This document shows, piece by piece, positions 1-9,522 of a DNA stretch of 64,000 bases. The stretch lies in NCBI GenBank assembly GCA_027923505.1, contig BROI01000005.1, forward strand, positions 1,116,001 through 1,180,000. Reading direction: 5' to 3'. Each line of letters begins with the position of its first letter. The stretch's first letter is position 1. The position numbers and the translations under genes are program-made. The stretch is from Mayamaea pseudoterrestris (taxonomy: Eukaryota). The notes under the pieces are model-generated. The model was not told where the DNA came from. It saw nothing but the letters and a program-made list of their open reading frames with translations, and did no database searches.

Positions 1-417
1 CGAAACAACTGCTCCGTTGATGTCACTCCCAGTTTCGTCCATTGTTTCTCCAATGATCGCCAATAAAGTGAATAGCCAGTACTCGTCAATCTTGTCAGAG
101 CGATTATCTTTTTTAGGTAGCGTCAAGACAAACTTTCCACCGTCAATGTTGCTAGCGTCCTCCCAAGCGGGGCAAATGTCGCGCCGGAAGACACTGTAAT
201 TGGAGCCAGGCCCAATGTCTGACGCAGGTTTTACATTGTTATAAACTCTCCAAAAGCTCTCAATGGAATCAAACGTCGCTAGATCCTTCAGCGTGTCCTT
301 CCAATCGTCCGACTCAGTTGGAGCAAGCTTTGGATTGTCGATCCAGAGAGTCCATGCTGAATGCAAGCGCGCATTTGTATCAATTTCTTGTTGATGGTCA
401 ATTACACCGCTGGTCAT
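1..417 (-). CDS. eIF4E: Translation initiation factor eIF4E (3' end runs off the window)
   Basis: Manual translation of the minus strand from ATG 417: MTSGVIDHQQEIDTNARLHSAWTLWIDNPK...DDWKDTLKDLATFDSIESFWRVYNNVKPAS...NYSVFRRDICPAWEDASNIDGGKF...IDEYWLFTLLAIIGE...INGAVVS. The Trp pattern and the PxWED and GGK motifs are those of eIF4E. Absent from the ORF track because there is no stop in the window. Confidence 0.95.
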   Translation of the reverse strand, partial: MTSGVIDHQQEIDTNARLHSAWTLWIDNPKLAPTESDDWKDTLKDLATFDSIESFWRVYNNVKPASDIGPGSNYSVFRRDICPAWEDASNIDGGKFVLTLPKKDNRSDKIDEYWLFTLLAIIGETMDETGSDINGAVVS

Positions 418-710
418 GCTAGAAGGTGTACAATCAATGAAGAGGAAAGCTGTGCTTCTTTAGTGAGCTCGAGGAGAAGTGGAAATGGCAGTCGTTGTGG
501 CGCGCGCAAAGAGCGGCGACGGATGATGTCGCTTCGCTTCTCATTGTGTGCAGATAACCTGATCGTGGTCGCGGCGGCCCTTCATCATTCGTTCTTTTGC
601 TCGGCTCATGCAATTCATGCAAACGACACTGCATGCCTCCTACTCCTCCAGGGCAGTAGCTATCGGCCATCCCACCCACTCTCGTGACAAAGAGATATAG
701 CTATAAAAGT

Positions 711-1856
711 ATGAGTGATTTTGAAATGAAGCAGCGCCATAAGCAGGTTAACAGTAAATCCAGTTTAGCAACACATCAAGCCTCGATTTGCAAGAATGGA
801 CGCTTGTCGTCCACCAAAAACTCGACCAAGTTTGCAAAGCCCAAGCATCTCAAGCGCAAGCTTGAGACAATGTCTCCCGATGATCCTCGTCATAATGAGG
901 TGCTTGGGCAGTTGCAAGACTTCGAGGAAAAGAAGCAATTGTTTTCTGGAAAAGGAATGACGAAAACGCCGAGGCTCCCACGGCGACCTACCCAAGACGA
1001 GGAGCAACTCTCGCACACACCGAAAGCAGCAACTCCACCTACCGGTATTGGAAAGGACGCTAGTAACTATGCCCACAAGGACGACAAACCGACCCGACAG
1101 CGTGGTCAGCGGCGTCGTGGACGAAAGGATACAACGTCTGTGTCTTTGGTCGTCGCGGTCGGACAGGCCGAGATGCCTATTGTATCGGAAGCATCGGAAG
1201 CGTCCCTACCTATGGCTGCCATGAAACCACCTTTGACAGAATTAGATAAATCGTCAATTGTGCGAGAACCGAAGAGGAGGTCCATTCAGAGACTTGGCGA
1301 CCCACGATATTGCGTCGGCCGCAAACCAGTGTCAGACTTTGAAATCGGTTCAAAACACTCCGGCAAGGTCGTTTACGTCAAACCTTTTGGTGTGTTTTTC
1401 GACATTGGCTGTCACAGCGATGCCTTTTGTCATGTCAGTCGACTGTCGGATGATTTTGTGGAGAATCCAGAAACAGTGTTTCGTCCAGGCGATGACGTGG
1501 AGAATATTCGCATTGTAGAGACAGATCGCCAAAAGAAGAGAATTACGGTGAGTTTACAGTCCGACATGAAAATTAAAGCCGAAAAGCTGTCGCTAGAGTC
1601 AAGGTTGGAACGTATGAAGAAGCGGAAACCAAACGGACGATCCAATGTAGCGATGTTAAAAGGGTCAAAGTCGTCTACTGGTACGGTTGCGCACGAGAAG
1701 GAGGCCAATTCGGTAGAATTGGCTAAACTTGCTGATTCTGAACCATTATTTGGGGGAAGTATCAATGCTGATACTTATTCCTCGGCGAGGGAGTTGAAAC
1801 GTCGCCAGAAACTTCAACGCCGTGCGGCGCGTCGGGAACAACATGTATTGCAATAA
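711..1856 (+). CDS. S1 RNA-binding domain protein, basic, probably nuclear/nucleolar
   Basis: S1 domain FEIGSKHSGKVVYVKPFGVFFDIGCHSDAFCHVSRLSDDFVENPETVFRPGDDVENIRIVETDRQKKRITVSLQ, flanked by K/R-rich regions. First ATG is 711 (the track ORF starts at GTG 684). Confidence 0.85.
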   Translation: MSDFEMKQRHKQVNSKSSLATHQASICKNGRLSSTKNSTKFAKPKHLKRKLETMSPDDPRHNEVLGQLQDFEEKKQLFSGKGMTKTPRLPRRPTQDEEQLSHTPKAATPPTGIGKDASNYAHKDDKPTRQRGQRRRGRKDTTSVSLVVAVGQAEMPIVSEASEASLPMAAMKPPLTELDKSSIVREPKRRSIQRLGDPRYCVGRKPVSDFEIGSKHSGKVVYVKPFGVFFDIGCHSDAFCHVSRLSDDFVENPETVFRPGDDVENIRIVETDRQKKRITVSLQSDMKIKAEKLSLESRLERMKKRKPNGRSNVAMLKGSKSSTGTVAHEKEANSVELAKLADSEPLFGGSINADTYSSARELKRRQKLQRRAARREQHVLQ

Positions 1857-2160
1857 ACATATGACTTTTAAATTGTAACTACACAAAGATGCGCGTCTCA
1901 TTTGCTGACCGGAGTGCTAGCAATACGTAGTTACTTTATACCAGACGGGCTATTGACGCGACTATCAGCTCGTACAACGACACTCGACTACCATTCGTTT
2001 CTTTGCTACGTATCATTTGTACTACATGACACACACTTATAATAGTCGTCAATTTATTTAGTGGTGTCTATATAAGATCAATGTTGTTATGTATATCCAT
2101 TTTAAATGCTAATCGTCGGCCTAGTGCCACGCTCCGCGCCTCACTGAATCTACGGAGCCT

Positions 2161-3276
2161 TCACAACGCCTGCAACTTGTCCAAACAGAGCTTGGCTTGA
2201 CGTTCGAGGCCAGCGTGACGAGCCATACCAGCTTCAAGCGCCTTCTCCAATGCCATATGAAACTCCGCAACATCATGGTCCTGCGCCAAGAGCTGCTCCA
2301 CCACCAAGCAGGAAAGTTGTGCCATGCGCGCATTTTTGTTGGCAGCGTTCAGCTCCTGCAAGAGCACCGGACGAATCTGCTCGTACAAACCTTGACCAAC
2401 GTCTCCATTGACGGCAACAACCACATTGGCAAGAATTGTCATGGCCATGGTTCGAAGATGATAAATGTCGTCCGTCTTGGTGGCCATTACATGATCAAGC
2501 AACTTGCCACCGACAACATTCCCAGTGCGCAAGAGTTCGTATGAAACAGCGCGAGACGTCTTGTCGCCCATCTTGGAGGCGTTTGTCAATGACGCAAGAG
2601 TCTGAAACGCTAGGTACTGCGAATCAAGACCAGCGTCGAGCAGCTTCGTGACGAACTTGAGCGCTGCTTTTCCGTCGACTTCAAAATCATCCTCCTCCGT
2701 ATCGGATACTTCTGGGACTGCCATGACCTCACTCGATGGTGGGAGAAAAGTGGAAGTCTTGTTTTGAACCGCATCGAAAATGGCGGTAGTATCCTGATAA
2801 AAGTTGGCCGAGGTACCAAATCGTCGTTGAACTTCCACGATGATGCCGGTCGAGTACGACTTGCGTCCGCGATAAAGACGAATCCGAAAGTCAACTCCAT
2901 CCGAAGTGAGGCATTTGACCTTGGCCTTACTGTCTTCATAAGTGGCTTCAATGGAGCGAGAGCGAAGAATTTCACTAATTCGTTTCGAAAGGTCCGAAGG
3001 ACTGGCGTGATTGACAAAGACTGCCGTCTGCTCAAGATGGTGAAACTCCGGCAACTGTGGAACGCTTGTAAGGTGCCATACCATAATCTGCGACGGAGCG
3101 ATTGCAAATTCCTTCTGCGGCTGCGTCTGCATGAGAGGTTGCTTCGTGCCGATTGCGTACGAGCTGAACGCCTGCACCGACTCAATGCGCGGCGCTGCCG
3201 CCCGGCGAGTCGTTTCCTCGACCTCATACTCGTCGTTGTCGAGGCTAATCTTCATTTCTTTCGGTTTGTCACTCAT
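2161..3276 (-). CDS. Hypothetical protein: KA1-like alpha/beta domain followed by ARM/HEAT-like helices
   Basis: Clean 371-aa ATG ORF. The segment KAKVKC...VDFRIRLYRG...GIIVEVQRRFGTSANFYQ resembles the kinase-associated-1 fold. The C-terminal half is amphipathic helical repeats. Domain calls are by eye. Confidence 0.7.
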   Translation of the reverse strand: MSDKPKEMKISLDNDEYEVEETTRRAAAPRIESVQAFSSYAIGTKQPLMQTQPQKEFAIAPSQIMVWHLTSVPQLPEFHHLEQTAVFVNHASPSDLSKRISEILRSRSIEATYEDSKAKVKCLTSDGVDFRIRLYRGRKSYSTGIIVEVQRRFGTSANFYQDTTAIFDAVQNKTSTFLPPSSEVMAVPEVSDTEEDDFEVDGKAALKFVTKLLDAGLDSQYLAFQTLASLTNASKMGDKTSRAVSYELLRTGNVVGGKLLDHVMATKTDDIYHLRTMAMTILANVVVAVNGDVGQGLYEQIRPVLLQELNAANKNARMAQLSCLVVEQLLAQDHDVAEFHMALEKALEAGMARHAGLERQAKLCLDKLQAL

Positions 3277-3982
3277 TCTGCTCTTATAATTTCAATTGCT
3301 TGTCAAAGCAAACAGACGAAGACGCTAATAAGGATGCGATGGACTTGCAAAGTGGTTTGCGACTGTGACTGAATTTTTGGCTGCCCTGAACTTTTTGCGC
3401 CGGTCTCCGCCATCCTCTCAGTCCTGCCCGGCTAATTTTATCGACGCTTCGAGGCGCGGGTCGTATTTTCTCCTCCTTGGCGTGCTGCAATCAATAGCCG
3501 GTCATAGCGGCTTAATCGGACGGCCGAAGGTGTCTAACTACGACGAGGTCACTTGAAGGGCCAAGATGCGAGAGTAACTGTGAATGAAAGGTTATTGGAT
3601 TCACGCACGCACAACCTTTTTCCATTGTGAATGACGCCAGTCGACGACCAGCTGCGTGGAAGAAGAGAACAGGATTGACCATCGGCTTCGATTCATATCT
3701 TCGATGCTACATAGTTAACTACCTACTCTGTTTAACATTAATACGGATGTGGCACTGTCAACTTAGTCTTTTACGTACTAACCTTGGACTGTAACATCTG
3801 ACGCCAAGCGTTCCGCAGTAAATTCAGTTGCTCCTAGGGTGTAAAGTATTTCTTTCGGCCGACCTAACAAGCATTACATAAACAGCGATATTAAATCACA
3901 GAATCCAAAGGTGTTACGCTTCACAATGGCGTCGCTCTTCAATCAAACACCATCACATTCTAAACGTTGAGTGCTTATACGA

Positions 3983-5514
3983 CTAACCCGCCAGTTCAGC
4001 AGGATGCTCGCGGCGTCCCGACTCTACCTCGAAAACACGAGACTCTGGGTTTTGATCGTCATCTTGGTCTTCCTGTTCCACCTCCATTTGCATCGAACGA
4101 GGATTCGTCTGGGAGTCCACCTGCCCCGTTTGAATCTGCGTCCCTGGGACAGCTTCCACCTTACTGAGATAATCAAGTAACTGATTCTTGATTGTATCCA
4201 AGTAGGACGACGTGTTAGCGTTGGCCATGTTGCTCACTGGCAAATGCAAACGATAGTCGGGCCCAAAATACTCAAAGTAGTCGTTGAACGGAAGATCATC
4301 CGTAACGGGCTCACCAACCAATACCGATGTTTCATACGTCCAGCAGCGAGGTACATTGCGGAGCGTGTATCCGCCACCCCCAAGAACAAGCATGGGAATG
4401 TTAAAACTCCGAACAAACTCGACGCAGTCGGCGTGCCCTTTGACCGACAAGTTAAAGCAGCCAAGTCGATCTCCCGACAGAGAATCGGCTCCGCACTGAA
4501 GGACGACTGCTCCAGGAGCAAAGACGTCCATGATCTTTCCAATCACTGGGCGGAAAATGTTACGAAACGACGCATCGTCCATGCCGTCATTAAGCGGAAA
4601 GTTAATGGCGTAGTTAGTTCCATCGCCATAGCCCGAGTCCTTGACATCGCCGGTTCCAGGAAAATACTCGCCGAACTTGTGGAACGAGGCCGTCATGACT
4701 CGGTTGGTAGCGTAAAAAGCTTCCTCAACGCCGTCACCTGTGGAATGCAAGGGGCAGAGTTTTGATTTAACAAAAGCTCAAATCAGTCATCATTTTCGCC
4801 AGTCCAAAGAGAACGTACCATGATGAACGTCAATATCTATGTACAAGACACGCTCGTGCTTCTTGAGAAGCTCAAGAATGGCCAAGACGCAGTCGTTCAC
4901 GTAGCAAAAGCCCGACGCTTCCGCCTTTTTAGCGTGATGCAAGCCTCCCGCCCAGTTAATGACAATGTCGCTTTGATTCTCATTGAGACGGGAAGCTCCG
5001 TTGATTGAGCCAGAAGTGTATAGCTGGCAAAACTCATAGAGTCCATCAAAGACTGGACAGTCCTCGCCCACGTTGAATCGCTGGAGCTGTCGGACATAGT
5101 CTTGCATGTTGTCCGGAGTAATGACCTTCAGAAAGTTCACATAGTCGTCCGAGTGAAATCGCGTCATGGCTGTCGGAGAAATGAGGCGGGGACGAAAAAC
5201 TTCCATCTTACGGTAGAGCCCGTAGTTGACCACAAGATTGTGCGTCATGCGCACTCGATGAGGCTTCATGGGATGTCCTGCGAATGAAATAGAGTCCAAA
5301 TGAAGAATTTTTGAGTGAGCGAGCGAATTTAAAGCTTAGTATATTATAAACCATTGATTGAGAGCAGTCGACTCGATTGCGTCCTCCTGCTTTTTGCTAC
5401 TGCACCGTTCGTCGCGGCGCGGAGTTGATCGAGCCAAAAAAACGTACCTTGGCCATAGTGGTAGTTTCCAACCTCGGCGTCGTAAAAATAAGAGACCCGA
5501 CGATTGTCCGACAT
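3983..5514 (-). CDS. HDAC1: Class I histone deacetylase (RPD3/HDAC1); exons 5514-5448, 5277-4819, 4737-3983
   Basis: [30 protein letters not shown]...[19 protein letters not shown]...[17 protein letters not shown]...[13 protein letters not shown]...GGGGY. Two GT-AG introns (5447-5278, 4818-4738) restore the frame. Confidence 0.97.
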
Positions 5515-5824
5515 GTTTCGAATAGAATGACTGTTCAAAGGTTGAAAACAATGCAAGCTTTTGGAATGCCTCGAGAACAGAGGGCTTCAAGGATCAGTGG
5601 CAACCGCGCGAGCCATTGTGAGATCCAACGCGGAAACGTCGCGGCGGCGGAAACGCTGGCGGAAACGGATGTCTCACTGGTAGTTAGAGATGGGGTTAGC
5701 AAAAGTTAGTACCAGTGCGAAGATTCCATCAGCTCCGTCCCGACCTCATCATAACCATGAGAAACACCCGTTCCCGCACGCCTACCGGTAGCTCACATCA
5801 CTGGATACTTGTAGTGATATCAAG

Positions 5825-8800
5825 ATGGACCTGATTGTTATGCAGAGCTTTCAAGAGATGAAAGCGGCTTGCTGTGATCCCCGGAACAACAGCAAAGACG
5901 ATTTGCGCGAACAGGCACGATCATTCGTCGAAACCTCCATCTCGACGCTTAATCATGACGAAACGAATGTTAGTACAGCGACCGACAAACTGTTAGCAGT
6001 GCTGCTACAAACGTTGGGACCAGCATTCACAACCTCTCATGCTGCCCGCATCTGTGCACTCTCTACACTGACTGGCGCACTTCAAGCTTGCCAAGACAAC
6101 AAAAACAACAATCATGCTGCTGCAATTTCACATAACTTGCTCGCCCTGCTTGGACAGTTCCTCACCACGCACGCTGGTCCTTTAAAGAGTGAGAGTCGTG
6201 CCGAATTTGAAGGCGACCAAGACGAAGAGCTTGTGAGAGATACAGCAATTATTGCTCTAGCGGCCTTGCTGCGTATCAGCGTTGCGACAACAAGAGTCGA
6301 AACCTTGGTGCAAAAGATTAGCTTGGCCATGGCGGGGGTAGAACGTAGAGTGGCGCTTCCACAGGAGGAGGAAAGTACCGATGTAATTACCGAAAACGAT
6401 AGGGAGAGTGGAACAATTAACGGCTTGTCCCTTCTTCCGCGATCACGGCGCTCGAACTGCTTCGACTTGCTGCAGGCATGTGTCGACGGCATAAGGAAGT
6501 CGACTGATATGCAATCGTCGCTGACGCTGGAACAGGAAATTATCAAGTTTGTTCAATTCTCCTGCTGTTGTCTTCAGGGAGAGTCGGATCCGCGATGCTT
6601 GCAGCAACTCCTACGCTTTTTGCGCTCCCTACTGGCAGTTGTTGCATCGTTATTTAAAAACTCGAGAACGCCATTTCCAATTGGAGATGTTTTTGATGCG
6701 ATCGTTCCATACTACCCAGTGCAATTTAGTCCACCACTCAACAATCCATACGGTATTACAAAAACGAGTCTACAGGAAGCGTTGAGGTCGGTCATGTGCT
6801 GCGTCGACTATGACGCTCAAGCAAAAGTCAATGGAACGGACACGATGCTTTCGCTGAGCCTGAGCATCATTCTGGAGCAGTTAATGCCGTTACCTGGTGA
6901 CGACGCGACAACCATGCCTGAGAAGTTGGATGCATTGGAGGATTTAACTTCTTTGCTATTTAATGAAGCCCTTCCAGCGTTGCCTGAACTTGAAGAGGCG
7001 GCGCTTACGAGCATTTCTACATCGCTCATGACGGTTTATAATGAAGCATCGTTAACTGCGGCGACAGCTTCATATGTAACATCATGCAATAATGTGATTG
7101 TGGCTAAACGTTTGGCTGATGCTTGCCGATCCATTGTTGCTAAACTAGCGCTGGATTGCGAAGGGAATGCTTTAGCATGGGAAGCTTTTGTTGGCAAAAC
7201 AGTGCGCTTATTATTGAATCAGATTTTGTCATCGTCACCAAACTGCCGGTTTGCCATTGCATACATGGCCAATCTTTGTGGTTGCGGAGGCTTAAAGACA
7301 ATGGACATTTGCTTGCGACAAGGACTCGAGCCCTTGCTAAGTGTCATGGAAAGTATTGCTGCCACTGGTCAAAGCTCGGATGAGCTATCGACAACTTTAT
7401 ACGGTATCGGAGCGTTCTTTGCGGCGACAAAAACCACCATGGACAAGGCGATAGGTAGAATTGCCGTCTCACCACATCCGCTTGCGAAGTACGGAGTGAC
7501 GGTGGTGAGTCGACTGATTACAATAATTAATACTACGATATCGGGCACTGATTCGTTTCAAATTGCGACTGCCGCCATCCGCGCACTTGAATCCGTTTTG
7601 CTCGCGTCGCCGATGACCGCATGGAGCGACACGCAGATCATTGATGTATGTCGGTGTCTCGAAAATTGCACGTCATTGCTGGTGGCATCACCTCGCCCAG
7701 TGGTATATACTGACATCAATGAGTCATACACGGCGTTTCTTTTTGGTTGCGCAAGAACGATTGGTTCAATACTAGGACACGGAGGGAAAAGCGGAAGCGG
7801 TTTCGGTGTGTGCTTACATCAACAGCTGCTTTCTAAACTTGTCGCTTCCGCTAGGATTCCTGTCACTGGCGGTACACGATATGACTGGATGACTTTGTCC
7901 GTAGCCGTATCGACGAGAATGGCGGGTGGTGCTCTTGTCATTGGAAGCATCACCGAAACATTGTGCAGGTCTCTTGTAAGTCAGAAATATGACCAAGCAG
8001 CAATGTGCGCGCGAGCTTTGAATGTGATTTTTCGGCTTGAAGGAAAAATTGTCGTAGACGAATTTCACAATTTGCAGTCCCCATCTTCCACCGCTGAAAC
8101 TTTACAAAAGGCATTGGCTGGAGCGGGACGGGTGATTATTCATAGCGGGGAACAGTTCTCAGCCAACATCAGCTCACGCGACTTGCCGCCTACTGATGAC
8201 GATCAATTGGCGTTCGGAGCCACACTTGATGGTTTCTCTAAATTGGGATTGATGCTTCGCCCCGCCTGGATTGATATACCGCTGAATGAGGTCGATAAAC
8301 TTATGCTACAGGTGTCGGCTGCTCTCCCGCCCTTAAAAGGGTCCGATTTGATTCATTTAGCGGTCGTACTTCCCATGTTGTCCGCGGCACTGTCCACTCT
8401 GCCGCGCGAATTGCGGCCTTCTACTGAAAACAAGATAGGAAGATTCATGCCAGACCTTGCAGAGATCGCCTTGCGATCAGAATACCATACCGAAACGCGA
8501 ACTCATGCAACTATCTGCGTACAGGCGCTCGTAGCGCATCATTTAGTCGACACTGATGACTGTCCTGCGGCTGCCTTGGCCAACGATTTGATCATGCCCG
8601 CATTACAAAGAGGTGTGACTCACATGAAAAGCAAATCTAACGACAAGTCGGTCGTTCCGCTGCTGCTTGATAGTCTGACCATACTGGCAGTCTTATGCGC
8701 CTCTGCAGCCTGTCGGGGAGGAGAATCGTTCAAGACTGCTGACCACTTTGTTTCATTCTTTCTTGATATGGCTAGCAGTGGGAAAGCGATGCTTACACTT

Positions 8801-9496
8801 GGAGGTGAGCGAAAGCTTATTGTCAATCTCCAATCATTCGCCAACTACTCGAATATCAGCTTGAATAGTCTAGTATTGGAAGTGGTGTCGCGTTTTGGTT
8901 CCATCTTTTTAAATAATGGTGGCGAGGCGTCGCAACTTTGGACGCAACGCCTCGTGCATGTCTCCGCTACCTGCATACAATCCTCTTTGAAAGTAAACAA
9001 TGGCGAAATACTTACTTCGCCAGGAACGGTGGCAATCATTTGCTATATGGTTTGTGCCAGCAACCTAGCGACACTCAGTTCATCGACGCTACAACTAGCG
9101 GCAACGGTCGTGGCACATGCGCTTTCTCCATCTGCACAATCTAATAATTTTGCTGGACATCAACTCTCTTCGATAAAGAAAGTGGTGCTGGCTGCTGTGT
9201 TAAAATTGTTATGTGCTTCTCCCTGTCTCTTCACCTATTCCATGCCATACATGACAACTGGATTGATTCGAGTGTATTCTTCAGGGACGTCGAGGAATCC
9301 CGCATCCGACATAGCCTGCAAATTGCTCACTTTGCAAGCGCTGGAGTCGATATTCAGGATTGACAGTGGGGCGGCTGTGGCGACAAAACCAGCAGTCTTG
9401 GCGCTCTTGACGTCGGCAATGAACCATCCATCTGGTGTCCTGCGTAATGCTGCACTCGAAGTTAGAAACCTCTGGTGCTTAGATTACTACCGGTAG
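5825..9496 (+). CDS. MMS19: MMS19/MET18 cytosolic Fe-S assembly targeting factor (HEAT repeats)
   Basis: 1223-aa helical ORF with the MMS19 N-terminal signature GESDPRCL...FDAIVPYYPVQFSPPLNNPYGITK and a C-terminal VLRNAALEVRNLW motif. Confidence 0.85.
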   Translation: MDLIVMQSFQEMKAACCDPRNNSKDDLREQARSFVETSISTLNHDETNVSTATDKLLAVLLQTLGPAFTTSHAARICALSTLTGALQACQDNKNNNHAAAISHNLLALLGQFLTTHAGPLKSESRAEFEGDQDEELVRDTAIIALAALLRISVATTRVETLVQKISLAMAGVERRVALPQEEESTDVITENDRESGTINGLSLLPRSRRSNCFDLLQACVDGIRKSTDMQSSLTLEQEIIKFVQFSCCCLQGESDPRCLQQLLRFLRSLLAVVASLFKNSRTPFPIGDVFDAIVPYYPVQFSPPLNNPYGITKTSLQEALRSVMCCVDYDAQAKVNGTDTMLSLSLSIILEQLMPLPGDDATTMPEKLDALEDLTSLLFNEALPALPELEEAALTSISTSLMTVYNEASLTAATASYVTSCNNVIVAKRLADACRSIVAKLALDCEGNALAWEAFVGKTVRLLLNQILSSSPNCRFAIAYMANLCGCGGLKTMDICLRQGLEPLLSVMESIAATGQSSDELSTTLYGIGAFFAATKTTMDKAIGRIAVSPHPLAKYGVTVVSRLITIINTTISGTDSFQIATAAIRALESVLLASPMTAWSDTQIIDVCRCLENCTSLLVASPRPVVYTDINESYTAFLFGCARTIGSILGHGGKSGSGFGVCLHQQLLSKLVASARIPVTGGTRYDWMTLSVAVSTRMAGGALVIGSITETLCRSLVSQKYDQAAMCARALNVIFRLEGKIVVDEFHNLQSPSSTAETLQKALAGAGRVIIHSGEQFSANISSRDLPPTDDDQLAFGATLDGFSKLGLMLRPAWIDIPLNEVDKLMLQVSAALPPLKGSDLIHLAVVLPMLSAALSTLPRELRPSTENKIGRFMPDLAEIALRSEYHTETRTHATICVQALVAHHLVDTDDCPAAALANDLIMPALQRGVTHMKSKSNDKSVVPLLLDSLTILAVLCASAACRGGESFKTADHFVSFFLDMASSGKAMLTLGGERKLIVNLQSFANYSNISLNSLVLEVVSRFGSIFLNNGGEASQLWTQRLVHVSATCIQSSLKVNNGEILTSPGTVAIICYMVCASNLATLSSSTLQLAATVVAHALSPSAQSNNFAGHQLSSIKKVVLAAVLKLLCASPCLFTYSMPYMTTGLIRVYSSGTSRNPASDIACKLLTLQALESIFRIDSGAAVATKPAVLALLTSAMNHPSGVLRNAALEVRNLWCLDYYR

Positions 9497-9522
9497 TCAC
9501 GAAGTTTAAGTTTTACAAATTA

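Noticed and set aside
2197..3372. Long antisense or overlapping ORFs here and elsewhere (e.g. 33239-33796, 38134-38763, 43936-44547, 54647-55204)
   Set aside because: Shadow ORFs of well-supported genes, with no domain signal.
3280..3980. tRNA or snRNA in the larger intergenic spacers (also 23460-23830, 41810-42320)
   Set aside because: No cloverleaf, T-loop GTTCRA context or Sm-site pattern recognised by eye; tRNAscan-SE or Infernal would be decisive.
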